A DNA stretch of 64,000 nt from Octopus sinensis (lineage: Eukaryota): positions 153,760,001-153,824,000 of the forward strand of contig NC_042997.1 of the NCBI RefSeq assembly GCF_006345805.1, in the 5' to 3' direction. Position 1 is the stretch's first letter, and each line of letters starts with the position of its first letter. Shown one piece after another: positions 1 to 11,595 of this stretch. Under the pieces are notes generated by a model. That model had not been told where the DNA came from. It searched no databases and was given only the letters and a program-made list of their open reading frames with translations. Both the position numbers and the translations under genes were made by a program.

Positions 1-402
1 TTACTTGTTTCAGTCACTTGACAGTGGCCATGCTGGAGCACCACCTTGAAAGATTTTTAATCAAACAAACTGACCCCGGGAATTTTGTTTTGAAGCCCAG
101 TACTTATTTTATCAGTTCTTTTGCTGAACTGCTCAGTTACAGGGTCGTAAACACACCTACACCAGTTGTTTAGTGGTGGTGGGGGACAAACACAAAGACA
201 CATATATACATATATGTATATACATACATACACACACACACATACATACACGATGGGCTTCTTTTAGTTCCTGTATACTAAATCCACTCAAAGCTTTGGT
301 CAGTCCAAGTCTATAGTTGAAGACACTTGCCCAAACACAATGACACACATATATACATACATACACATTATACACATACATATATATATATATACATAAA
401 TA

Positions 403-436
<34 letters not shown>

Positions 437-600
437 CACTCGTACATAATGGGCTTCTTTCAGTTCCTATATAATAAATCCACTCAAAGCTTTGGTCAGC
501 CCAAGTCTATAGCTGAAGACACCTGCCCAAGGTGCCATGAAGTAGGATTGAACTCTGAACCATGTGGTTGGGAAACAAGCATCTTACCACACAGCCACTA
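1..600 (-). mobile_element. SINE family A (tRNA-head), decayed, with partly duplicated head region
   Basis: Matches the family tail (ttacttgtttcagtc...gccatgctggagcacc) and head (cttaccacacagccact) seen in many copies in the window. Confidence 0.8.
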
Positions 601-825
601 TACAAAATAGATTAATAAATAATATGTTGCTTCTGCCTTGATGCTTGTTTAAATTTGGACATTCTTTCATATTTATTCAGAATAAGCATAAAATAAGGTT
701 AAAAACAATTGATTTGATTCTTTAGGATGATTATATGCTTTGAATGACTAACTTTGTGAATTGCTTTTACTTTTTAAGCTTAACAAATTTCTGACTTTCT
801 TTCCTATTCTGTTTTATGTTTGCAG

Positions 826-924
826 CCTGTCAAGAAAAAAAAACCTGAAAATTATAAATTATTTCTTGAAAGAAAGAAAAATGAGAAAGATGAAGAAAAG
901 ACTAAGAACACTGAAAAATTCCGA
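826..924 (+). CDS. Penultimate coding exon of a Lys-rich protein gene entering from the left (PVKKKKPENYKLFLERKKNEKDEEKTKNTEKFR)
   Basis: Pyrimidine tract plus tgcag acceptor ending at 825. The 99-nt open exon is followed by a gtgagt donor at 925 (phase 0) and splices in frame to 2950. Weak resemblance to the C1orf131-type 'KPPK..NYK' segment is not enough to name it. Confidence 0.7.
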
Positions 925-949
925 GTGAGTATAAAATGTCTTCTTTTAT

Positions 950-1310
950 TATTTAGACTGTGGCCAAGCTGGAATACTACATATAAAAATTTTAATCGAA
1001 TGAATTAACTCCTGTACTTATTTTGTTTTTTAAAGCCTGGTACATAATCTATTGGTCTCTTTTGCTGAACTCTTTAGTTACAGGGATGTAAACGCATTAA
1101 CACCTGTTGTCAAGTGACACTGGAAGACAAACACAGACACATACACCCTGTGCTTCTTTCAATATCCATCCACCAAATCATATCACAAGACTTTGGTTGG
1201 CCCAAAGTTACAGTAGAAGACACTTGCCCAAGGTGTCATACAGTGAGACTGAACCCAGAAACATGTGGTTAGAAAGCAAACTTCTTACCACACAGCCATA
1301 CCTGTGCCTG
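950..1310 (-). mobile_element. SINE family A, decayed intronic copy
   Basis: Family body and head motifs in reverse orientation. Confidence 0.75.
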
Positions 1311-1521
1311 TCTTGATAAAGATTATAAACTTTTTGCTTGGAATCATCAGATGAATTTTTTATGTTAGGGTTCTCAACTATTTTTTGCCTATGGACCCCT
1401 TTGGTTTCTATTTTACTTAGGTGGACCCTCATAGCCATTTGATGTTTAAAAAATTATGATTACATTTTTGTAATTTGACATTATTGGGAATTGCATAAAA
1501 AAGTTGTTAAAATACATTTAG

Positions 1522-1858
1522 CAGGCGCAGGAGTGGCTGTGTGGTAAGTAGCTTGCTTACCAACCACATGGTTCCGGGTTCATTCCCACTGCGTGGCATC
1601 TTGGGCAAGTGTCTTCTACTATAGCCTTGGGCCGACCAAAGCCTTGAGAGTGGATTTGGTAGATGGAAACTGAAAGAAGCCCGTCGTATATATAATGTTT
1701 GTGTGTCTGTGTTTGTCCACCCCCACCCCCCCAGCATTGCTTGACAACTGATGCTGGTGTGTTTACAGCCCCGTAACTTAGCGGTTCGGCAAAAGAGACC
1801 AATAGAATAAGTACTAGACTTACAAAGAATAAGTCCTCGGGTTGATTTGCTCGATTAA
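1522..1858 (+). mobile_element. SINE family A (reference-like copy: tRNA-derived head with Pol III A/B boxes, internal microsatellite)
   Basis: ggcgcaggagtggctgtgtgg (A box), gggttcattccc (B box), then ttgggcaagtgtcttc. Many near-identical copies occur elsewhere in the window. Confidence 0.85.
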
Positions 1859-2949
1859 ATCATTTTATTGACCCTGAAAAGATTAAAGGCAAAATTGACC
1901 TCAGCTGCATTTGAACTCCAAGCTGGAAGAAATGCTGCTAACTAAACATTTTATCCGGCATGATAATGATTCTGCCAGCTCACTACATTATAATAGTACC
2001 AGCAATCGCGAGATCATAATTTTGATTCCCAGATCAGACTATGTGTTATGTTCTTGAGCAAGATACTTCATTTTACATTGCTCCAGTCCACCAAACTGTA
2101 AATGGGCAGTCTTGTGATTGATTAGCTTACAAGGATGAGATGGTGACTCAGGAAAATCACCTGAATGGAGGTCTTGTGAGCCACATTTTGTATTCAGCAA
2201 TCAAAAGGATGAATAGTACAACCCATACTGTGAATCTAAATTGGTTGGGATTGGTTGTTGAACTACATCAAAAGATAAATAAATAAAAATGTACATGGGC
2301 CAACATTAGAAAATCTTACATCATAAAACTTAGTTAATGAAGCAATTTGTTTCTTTTGCCTTTTATTTTGATCTTTGTTGTTGCAACTCATCCTTCTTGT
2401 CATTTCTGTACTTTCTGTAGTTTGGAGAGAAGGCTATTGCAGAAAGAATTTCAGTGTTCAGGACTAACATTGGTCAAGAGGCTGAAGATGGTCTCAAAAT
2501 ATTTACCATTTTCTGACATTATCAGGGCTATCAAAATCATGACCAAGTATTTGAAAACCTTCTGTAGAAAGTTGTACACAATACTTTTGGTTTTCTTTCA
2601 TGTATAGATTGAGATAGATCAAGTTACCAGCTGAGAAAAGGACTTCTGGTAGCTGCTCACATTTCAGAGTATAAGCAATTTCATTTCTGTCTCAAGTTAT
2701 ATTCCTTGTTGTTGCACAAAGTAGAATCAGTATTGCAATAATGTTTTTGTCTACAGTTAATCAATAGATTTCCAAAAACTTTCTAACAAATGTCATAGGT
2801 ATTAAAACCACCTCTGACACCTATTCACAGTTGCCGGATGTATTCAAATTATATTTTATTGATGTAGATTTTCCATTTTCATTTTCGCATATAGTTTATA
2901 AAAAACAAAGTGGATAAACTCATTAAAGAGGTTTTCTTTTTTTTTCTAG

Positions 2950-3054
2950 GAAGAACAACTGAAGAAATTAATTACAAGAGCTCATAAGTCAATAACACAG
3001 TATAATAAGATGTGCAAATTTAAGAAGAAAACAAATAAATCAAGAAAAAAATAA
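2950..3054 (+). CDS. Terminal coding exon of the same gene (EEQLKKLITRAHKSITQYNKMCKFKKKTNKSRKK*)
   Basis: A long T tract plus ctag acceptor ends at 2949. The frame continues to TAA at 3052-3054, with AATAAA at 3117-3122. Confidence 0.7.
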   Translation, partial: EEQLKKLITRAHKSITQYNKMCKFKKKTNKSRKK

Positions 3055-3116
3055 ATATATTTTTGTAAATTTGAACATGAGTTACTGGTTTTATTTGTAA
3101 ATGCTCTAATTGCTGT

Positions 3117-3122
3117 AATAAA
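3117..3122 (+). terminator. Candidate polyadenylation signal AATAAA
   Basis: Canonical hexamer ~60 nt after the stop codon. Confidence 0.45.
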
Positions 3123-3394
3123 AACTAATATTCTAGAAATTTTAAGAATGTCATGCTAAATTTTGTGGCCGCCAATCTTCATGTCAATGAGTTGATCTAA
3201 TTTTAATATAAATGCTTTCAAGCTTAAAATACTGGTTTATTTTAAAGACAGATTTGTAGAGGAAGGGAATAATAATGCCGTGAGAGAAAACAAAAATAAA
3301 ATTGATCTCACTGTGCAGCACCTTGGGAAAGTGTCTTCTAACATAAACTCAGTGTATGTATATGGCTTATTTGTGTGAAAACCAATAAACCAGT

Positions 3395-3704
3395 TTCGTC
3401 TTTGGATTTGGTTTGCAAGATTCTTTATATGAGTTCGTGTGTTGAAGCATACTCTGTTGTGTCTGGGGAGAGCCATTTTCTTTTTGTGCCTTATAATGTA
3501 ACACACTCACCAGTAAAATTTCCACTTATTTCTTATTTTTATTTTCCTAAAATTTTCATTCCATCTTGCAATAGTCAAGACTATTGAAAAGCTTGCAAGA
3601 TGCAACAAAAATTTTAGGAAAATAAAAATAAGAAATAAGTGGAAATTTTACCGGTGAGTGTGTTACATTATAAGGCACAAAAAGAAAATGACTCTCCCCA
3701 GACA
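3395..3704. mobile_element. Non-coding inverted-repeat insertion (Penelope-like pLTR type) with 12-bp TSD and degenerate hammerhead
   Basis: TSD CAATAAACCAGT at 3383-3394 and 3705-3716. Near-perfect inverted arms span ~3457-3707. cta-TTGAAAA-g(c)ttgcaagatgcaac-AAAA-at-tt-tag at ~3580-3618. A single-orientation copy of the same repeat is at ~35190-35340. Confidence 0.65.
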
Positions 3705-3819
3705 CAATAAACCAGTGTTCAGACAAATACCTTGTGCAATATATTTCACATAAGTTGCAGGCACCTACCCACCATAACAATTGATATTCTAAAACCAAGG
3801 TTCCACATAAAGAGCATTG

Positions 3820-4062
3820 GTGCTGGTGCCACGTAAAATGCACTGATGCTGGTGCCACATAAAAAGTGCTAGTGCCATGTAAAAAGCATGTGCTGGTGCT
3901 ATGTCAGAAGCACCCAGTACCTTCTGTAAAGTGGTTGGCTTTAGGAAGGGCATCCAGCTGTAGAAAACAAGTCAAAACAATATGGAACCTGGTGTGGACT
4001 CTGGCCTTGCCAACTCCTGTCAAGCCATCCAACCCAGGAAAATATGTTTGAAGATGATTATG
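3820..4062 (+). mobile_element. SINE family C (gcacgtaaaaagcac subrepeats, (GAT)n tail), decayed
   Basis: ggttggctttaggaagggcatccagctgtagaaa core shared with other copies. Confidence 0.7.
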
Positions 4063-4190
4063 AGGGTACAAAGAAATTCCCGTCAGTCTTGCAGTCAGAA
4101 AGGCTGTGAACCAGTGATTAATCTGTGGTAACCAAAATGACATTATTGGTTCACAAAATGCATAATATAGAAAAACAACTAATAAATATA

Positions 4191-4880
4191 TAGGTGCAGG
4201 TGTTGCTATGTGGTAAAAAGCTTACTTCACAACCACATGGCTCCAGGTTCAGTCCCAATTTGTAGCACCTTGGGCAAGTCTCCTTTATATTTTTCATTGT
4301 ATAAATATGTCTAATGTGTTGAAGATCCATTTTTCCCCAGTGTTTTCATTTTCAGGATGTTCCCTCTCAAGCCTAGCATTAGTCTAGGGTTGACCAAAGC
4401 CTTGTGAGTGGATTAGGTTGAAGGAAACTGAAAGAAGTTTATCATATATATGTGTGTTTATCTTTGTATTTGCCCCCCTCCACTTTACAACTGATGTTGG
4501 TGTGTATTTACATCCCCATAGCTTAGTGGTTCAGCTAATGAGACTAATAGAATAAGCACCAGGCTTTAAAAAAAGAAGTACTGGGGTCAATTCATTTAAC
4601 TAAAAGAGAAAAACTCCTTAACCTTTTAACATTTAAACTGGTCCAATATTTTATCTGTTTTATGTTCAAACTGGCCAGACCTGGTCACTCACACTCACCC
4701 TACAATGTCATTTGAAAACTATACAACCATATTGAAATTTGGAAGCTATAAAATAAAGTATAATTAATTCAAAACATGAATAAATAAGCATTACATTTGA
4801 CAGAATAATCTGAATACTAAAAGGTTAAGTTGGTGCTCCAGTATGGCCACAGTCTAATGACTGAAACAAAAGATAGAAGA
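4191..4880 (+). mobile_element. SINE family A carrying two nested insertions (4283-4382 and 4622-4824)
   Basis: Head at 4191 and tail motif ggtgctccagtatggccacagtc at ~4832. The family sequence resumes on both sides of each insert. Confidence 0.75.
4622..4824. mobile_element. TTAA-flanked MITE (piggyBac-type ends)
   Basis: TTAA at 4618-4621 and 4825-4828, termini ccttt.../...aaagg. Related copies at ~9585-9662 (partial) and ~11620-11842 (inverted). Confidence 0.65.
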
Positions 4881-4924
4881 CAAATATATCATGCCTATAA
4901 TTTACACTATCAGTGTAAATTATG

Positions 4925-5503
4925 GCACGTGAAAAAACATTTGAGCAAGGTCGTTGCCAGTGCCGCTGGACTGGCTCCTGTGCAGGTGGCACATAAAAAG
5001 CACCATTTGAGCGTGGCCGCTGCCAGTACCGCCTGACTGGCCCTCATGCCACTGGCACGTAAAAGCACCCACTACACTCTCGGAGTGGTTGGTGTTAGGA
5101 AGGGCATCCAGCTGTAGAAACTCTGCCAGATCAGATTGGAGTCTGCTGCAGCCCTCTGGTTCACCAGACCTCAGTCAAATCGTCCAACCCATGCTAGCAT
5201 AGAAAGCAGACGTTAGACGATGATGATGAGTGTGTGTGTGTGTATGTGTATGCTGGTGGCATGTAAAAAGCACCATTCGAGTGTGGCCAATGTTAGTGCC
5301 GCCTGACTGGCACCTGTGCCAGTGGCATATAAAAAGCACCGGCTACACTCTCAGAGTGGTTGGCATTAGGAAGGGCATCCAGCTGTAGAAACCTTGCCAA
5401 ATCATACTGGAGCCTGGTGCAACCTCCCGGCTTGCCAGTCTTCAGTCAAACTGTCCAACCTATGCCAGCATGGAAAGCAGATGTTAGATGATGATGATGA
5501 TGA
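4925..5503 (+). mobile_element. Two tandem SINE family C copies
   Basis: Each has ~65-bp subrepeats, the aggaagggcatccagctgtagaaa core, catgcyagcatrgaaagcaga and a (GAT)n tail. Confidence 0.8.
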
Positions 5504-5691
5504 TTTTCTTGGAAGTGTAAGTAAATATTCATTAATGTATTTTATTACTGAAGATTGATATGATAATCAGCTTTTTTTTAATCAAATTTCAAGGACAGAG
5601 AAAATTATTCAAATATTTCAGTTTCACCCACTTTGTTGTCCTTTGAATGTTCCTTGTTGTAAACTTCCTTGTTACCAGATAGAATTAAATA

Positions 5692-6840
5692 TGAGGGTGT
5701 GCTGAAAAGGTAATAGGCTGACTATGAAAGAGTTACGCTAGAGCTGTGAAATCTTGCATGCATTAATTTCGGCTCTTCTTAATAACTGTTTTGTTTCTTT
5801 CCAGGTAAACTGAAAGTCTTCTTTGAACAGACATATCTGACTGTTCGAAGAAGACTTTCAAAAGTAACTAATTGCAACTTCTCTTGAAAATGGACAAAAT
5901 TTGACATAATGGTGTTATCAAGTACCTGTAGTAAAAGGGTCTAACCCCCAAAGACATTCATGCTGACATGGTTGCTACATTAGGGGCTGATACTTTAGCT
6001 TTATCAACAGTGCAAGAGTGGGCAGCTGAATTTAGGAGGGGAAGGGGATCCAAGGTCTGGATGTCCTGCAACCATCACCACCAAGGAAAACATTGTGTTC
6101 ACCACATGGTGATGGATGACAGGTGGTTGACTATAAATTAAATAGCCAATGCTATTAGCATATCCCATGAGAGAGTCGAGAATATTCTACATAATGAACT
6201 TGTTATGATGAAGGTTTCTGATTGGTGGGTGATTACAACATGGGAAAATTTGACATTGTATGAAGCAGGCCCAGCTGGTTTTCTTGAATATTTCCTAAGC
6301 CAGGATGAGTGTTGGGTTAAGCCAGAGACAATCCATGCAGTGGAAACACTCCTTCTCACCTGCTCCAAAAAGGCCAAGGTCATTACATTTGCAATGGGCT
6401 ACACTGTCAATGAAGAGTACTATGCCAACTTGCTAAGGCAGTTATGGAAAGCTATCAAGACCAAACACCCAGGAAAACTGGTGAAAGGGGTCTTTTTTCA
6501 TCAGGACAATGGTCCAGCACTAAAGTCCTTGGTTTTAATGGCTGCTGTGCATGACTGTGGCGTTGAACTGGTTGATCACCCTCCGTATTCTTCTGATTTG
6601 GCTACATTTGACTATCATGTGTCCCAACATGAAAAAATACTTGGCTGGGAACCAGTATCACAGTAATCTGCTGTTGACTACTTTTTGACCAACAGGATGA
6701 AAACGCTCTTACCAATTTGATCCAAGCACTGTATCACCAATGGAAGAAGATTGTGGAATGTAAGGGGGACTATGTTGAAAAATAAGTCACATTCCATAAG
6801 AGTATCTTGGTTGGTCTATGAATCTTTCAGCCGAACCTCA
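5692..6840 (+). mobile_element. Near full-length decayed mariner (DD34D) transposon
   Basis: TA-flanked TIRs (tgagggtgtgctgaaaag / ctttcagccgaacctca). Broken transposase: GLTPKDIHADMVATLG...STVQEWAAEFRRG, then HQDNGPA and HPPYSSDLATFDY (mariner YSPDLAP motif). Contains stops and frameshifts. Confidence 0.88.
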
Positions 6841-8089
6841 TATTTTGTCTAACAGCACGATACTCTATTAATAATGAAAGACATAATAAAACTTAACCAG
6901 TTGAATACTATGGTTGGTTAACATGAAAAATTTTTGGAATGTTTTGTACAATGCTAGATGTGATCAGATTTTAAATTTTAACAAGTGATATATTCAGTTT
7001 CAAATATTTACACATTAATATACTATTGTTTATGGTTAACCTATATAAATAAATTTTCAAAAACTTTCCAACAAACTACAAGTGGTATTAAAAATACTTC
7101 TGACACCTAATAATATTTGTTGGTTGTCTATTTCTAAATTAGAATAATTTATATTTTGATACAATTCTATTAGGGATATATACTAAATTGACAATACAGT
7201 AACTGTGTTGAAGCTCATGGTAATCTAATGCTAAGCTTGAGAGGGAACATCCTGAAAATGAAAACACTGGGGAAAAATGGATCTTCAACACATTAGACAT
7301 ATTTATACAATGAAAAATATAAAGTGTCATCTATAAAGTAAAAATAGCAGACAAATTTCCCCAAAATCATACATAATTTTTTTAAAAGAGAGGACACAGT
7401 GGACATCTATTAGGGCTATCTAGGATTGTACATTGTTGAAATGTCATTGACCTGGTCCTCACCAGGGGCCAAACAATAACTTGCAGATAAATTTCTAAAG
7501 TAATGAGTGAGGATATGTTTTATTACTTGCAAAGTCTCTCCTAATAAAAGCATGAACTTGCATGGAGAGGGATGTTCCTTTTACTTACTCAAGTAAACTG
7601 GAATAAGCAGTGTTAGTTACCTTGCTATATACAGAATGTAATGACATCTGGTCCAGCACATTGTGAGTGAGAAGACTCCACCAACCCCAAACTTCTTTTT
7701 CTCTCTCTCTCTCTCATACAATCAGTCATCCAGACAAAAAAATGTATTTATTATTAATGCCATTCCAACCTTGAACTATTTTCTGCTTTAGTTCCATTTT
7801 TAATTTACCTAATTTATGACTCACTTCTGTTTAAAAACTGCCTCCATTGATGTAGACAAAGGAGTCATTTTTTTAAACAGAAGTGAATCATAAATTACAT
7901 AAATTAAAAATAGAACTAAAGCATAAAAATATTTTTGCCCACAATGCATTGGTTTCAAATTATTTCTCAAGGCCAGTAATTTCGGGGGAGAGTATAAGTT
8001 GATCATATTGACCTGTGTTTAACAGGTACTTATCTTATCAATCCCAAAAGGATGAAAAGATGAAAGGCTTGATTCATCAAGACAAGGGA

Positions 8090-8643
8090 AATCATAATCA
8101 TGGTTACTGCCAATGACATGTGAATGGCACCCATAAAATCATAATTGTGACCATTGCTGGTATAGTGTGATCTTCGAATGTCAGGCCTCACAGAGGCGAT
8201 GACAAGTGACCAAGACCTTTCGCAATCTGTTATGCTTGAGAAGACTTATCAAGCCAAGTGAAATCATAATTGTGGTTATTGCCAGTGTTGTGTGAATGGA
8301 ACCCGTGGAATCGTAGTCATGGTCATTACCAGGAGCATAATTTTCGGATGCTAGGTCTCACGGAGGCAATAACAAGTGACTAAGACCTTTGGGGATATAT
8401 ACAGTGCTTAAGAAGACACAACAAGCCAAGTGAAATTGTGGCTGTGGCTGTTGCTGGTGTCATGTAAATGGTAACTGTGCTGGTGGCACATAAAAAGCAC
8501 CCATTACACTCTCAGAATGGTTGCCATTAGGAAGGGCATCAAGCCAAATCAGACCTGGTGCAGCTCTCCGGCTTACCAGTTCCAGTCAAACTGTCTAACC
8601 CATGCCAGCATGGAAAGCAGACATTAAATGATGATGACGATGA
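8090..8643 (+). mobile_element. SINE family C with expanded upstream subrepeats
   Basis: Repeated gtgaccaagaccttt / aagccaagtgaaat units, then the family core and (GAT)n tail. Confidence 0.65.
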
Positions 8644-8730
8644 ATGTAAAGACAGATGAAATGCCACTAAGCATTTTGCCCAGTGTGCTAACAATTCTGC
8701 CGGCTCACTTACATATGATCTTACAATGCT

Positions 8731-8820
8731 TGGCAGGTGGCTTGATATGATCTTATATTTTGGCAGGTGGCTTGATATGATCTTATATTTTGGCAGGTGG
8801 CTTGATATGATCTTATATTT
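8731..8820. repeat. Exact 3x30-bp tandem repeat TGGCAGGTGGCTTGATATGATCTTATATTT
   Basis: Three identical units with no spacers, preceded by a partial unit (atatgatctta). Confidence 0.95.
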
Positions 8821-10348
8821 CTGAAACATGTTCAGAGCTGCCACCACACTTATCAACGATCAGACTCACTTCCTCATTGCGTTATCTCAATTCAATTTGT
8901 CATCATTTTGAATTGAGTTACCTCCCTTACACAAGGCCAAGAATTTTGATAAGGAGGTTCCAGTAGTAGACAGGTTCAAGTATTCCCCCTTGTACCTAAA
9001 TCAGAAACAATAATTAAAGGAAAAGCAAGGTTCTTGACTTATTATTTAGGCCGAAAGCTTTTGATATTATTTTTATGTTCTCTTCCAAATGTTGGACAAG
9101 ACCTATTAAGGAAGTATTCTACTAACACTCTCGGTGTCATTTTTATTTTTTGGTTAAGGAGTGAGAAATTAGTACACTAAGTACATTAGCATCCACTTAA
9201 CTGTACTCACCAAAAGTACAACACTAAGTTTCCTCTTATCTTGTAATCAGCTGTGCTGACAAATTTTACCATTCAGACATGGTATTAAAGTTTTACATAT
9301 GAAAAATCCCCCACAAGGAATAAATACTTTTGCTTGCTATTTTTTATTTCATTATTCATACCTTCCTGAATGGGATGTTTGTTTTTACAGTGTTTTACTG
9401 GAATACTTTCTACTTTTAAATATTCTAGTTCAGCTTGAATAGAACTGTTTTGTTAGAGAGTTATCAATGACAACCATGGCTATAAGTTAATAAAGGTGCC
9501 TCTACATCGTCACTTGACCTATAAAGAAATAATAGTAAAATCTCTCTCAAACTACATGCTATTGTCTAAAAAGCAAAAACTATGTTAACCCTTTAGCATT
9601 CAAACTGACCATACCAGGCCCAAATATTCTACTCTTTTTATGTTTAAAATGGCCAGGTCTGAAGACACCTCTGGAAGTGGGTGGGAGGCTGCCATGTCAA
9701 AACGGTAGAGGAGTAGGGGCCGAAACCGGACATGGTTCCTCCTGATGATTGTCTTGAGCTAACTGGATCCTATAAAGGAGCTGTTGTGGTAGCAGACCAT
9801 GAAATATGGTTGAAATTCCTTCTTATACCTTCCTTACAATATGATTCTAAAAACAAACAATCACATCATCAAAATCTCAGAGCCACAAGATATTGCAGGG
9901 TTAATTCACACACATGTGCTGCTAAAACTAGCACAGGTTCAAGGATACTAACTGTCCATCACCTGACTAACCTAACACAAAAAGACCAAATAAGTTTTTT
10001 TTTAGTTTGCTGGATCTGGAGGAAGAGGCAGTATTCATGTCTTTTGCTGGCCATCTGGAACCAGTGAGATTGATTCCTTTTATGTTCCACTTAAATTGCC
10101 TATCCTTAACTTCATATAATGTAAGGTCAATTATTTCATGCTACTTTTAAAACACCTGCTATTACTTCTGTCTTGGACACATTAACCACCTTTTTAAATG
10201 TTTTGAACTTATTCTTCCGCCTTCTTTATTTCTTCAATAGATTTTGTAATAAGAACATGATTGTTAGTTTATAAGCACTCCCAGCACTTTATCATCATCA
10301 TCGTTTAGCGTCCGTTTTCCATGCTAGCATGGGTTGGACTACACAGTG

Positions 10349-10400
10349 TTTCCATGCCGGGAATCGAACCCGGGCCGCCTGGGTGAAAGCCAGGAATCCT
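10349..10400 (-). pseudogene. 5'-truncated tRNA-Glu(TTC) copy
   Basis: Minus strand AGGATTCCTGG-CTTTCAC-CCAGG-CGGC-CCGGGTTCGATTCCCGG-CATGGAA. The anticodon arm (TTC at 10385-10387) and T arm are intact, but the acceptor 5' strand and most of the D arm/A box are missing. Confidence 0.85.
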
Positions 10401-10984
10401 GATAGGAAGAGTAAAGAGTTGAGAAAAGAACTGTAGGGGATACCACTACTCACCCACCTACTATTATATGCACTGCATTCTACACCCAGTACACTCATTC
10501 TGATGCTGCTTTTATCATTCCTAATGTTATTTTCATTCCAAAAATAGTATTCTTATTGTCCACATGTAGCCTAATAACAGACTTCTCCAAAACAAATGCC
10601 AAATAGAGCTATTTGCTCTCAGAATGGTTATAACACAGATGTTTGTGTTTTATGAAAACTTATATTTGGAAACACAAGAGCTGTACAGAAGAAGAAGAAC
10701 CATTAGTATAGTTGATTGGTTTGCTTGAAATCATAGCCAAACTTGCATCCAAGTACAACCTATCATTTAAAAAAACACATTGCATTTGCTTGTGACTTAA
10801 TCAGGTCCTTCATGAATTGTGGAGAAGAAATATGGCCCATAGCTAGTTGCTGTGAGAAGCAGCACATTAGGATAGCACGTTATTGTCAGACCCAGTCTGA
10901 ATACTAGTATAAAAGTATAATTGACTGAATGCACAGGAATGCCAGGTGGTGATGTTAAACTAGGTGACAGATTAGATTACTACC

Positions 10985-11357
10985 GACACATAAAAAGCAC
11001 CATCTGAACGTGGCCGATGCCAGCGCCGCCTCAACTGGCTTCTGTGCCGGTGGCACACAAAAAGCACCATCCGAATGGGGCCGATGCCAGCGCCGCCTTG
11101 GCTGGCCTCCGTGTCGGTGGCACGTTAAAAGCACCAACCGTTCGTGGCTGATGCCAGACTTCCCTGGCACCTGTGCCGGTGGCACGTAAAAAGCACCCAC
11201 TACACTCGCGGAGTGGTTGGCGTTAGGAAGGGCATCCAGCTGTAGAAACACTGCCAGATCAGACCGGAGCCTGGTGCAGCCCCTGGCTTCCCAGACCCCG
11301 GTCAAACCGTCCAACCCATGCTAGCGTGGAAAACGGACGTTAAACGATGATGATGAT
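10985..11357 (+). mobile_element. SINE family C, young copy with ~3-4 internal ~65-bp tandem units
   Basis: Repeated aaaagcacc...gccgatgccag...gtgccggtggcac units with CpGs intact. Tail catgctagcgtggaaaacggacgttaaacgatgatgatgat. Confidence 0.85.
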
Positions 11358-11361
11358 ATAT

Positions 11362-11595
11362 GTGGGAACATGTGGATTAGTGGCTAGGATATTAGACTCA
11401 TGATCATAAAACTGTGATTTCAATTCCTGGACCTGGTAATACATTGTGTTCTTGAGCAGAATACTTCCTTTTACATTGCTGCAGTTCATTCAGCTGGCAA
11501 AACTGGGCAATCCTGCATTGACTAGCATCTCATCCAGTGGGGAATATGTGCTATGGAAACCAGGAAACTGACCCTATTTGTCTACATGATTCAAG
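11362..11595 (+). mobile_element. SINE family D, decayed
   Basis: Colinear with the 46644-46900 copy (gtgttcttgagca...cagctggcaaaa...tccagtgggga). Confidence 0.65.

Noticed and set aside
6205-6666. 153-aa ORF as a functional or domesticated transposase (SETMAR-like)
   Set aside because: It is a fragment of a TIR-bounded mariner with stops, frameshifts and deletions, and has no SET domain.
8731-8820. CRISPR-like 30-bp repeats
   Set aside because: No spacers, eukaryotic context, no cas genes.
10349-10400. Functional tRNA-Glu gene
   Set aside because: The first ~20 nt (acceptor 5' strand, A box) are absent.
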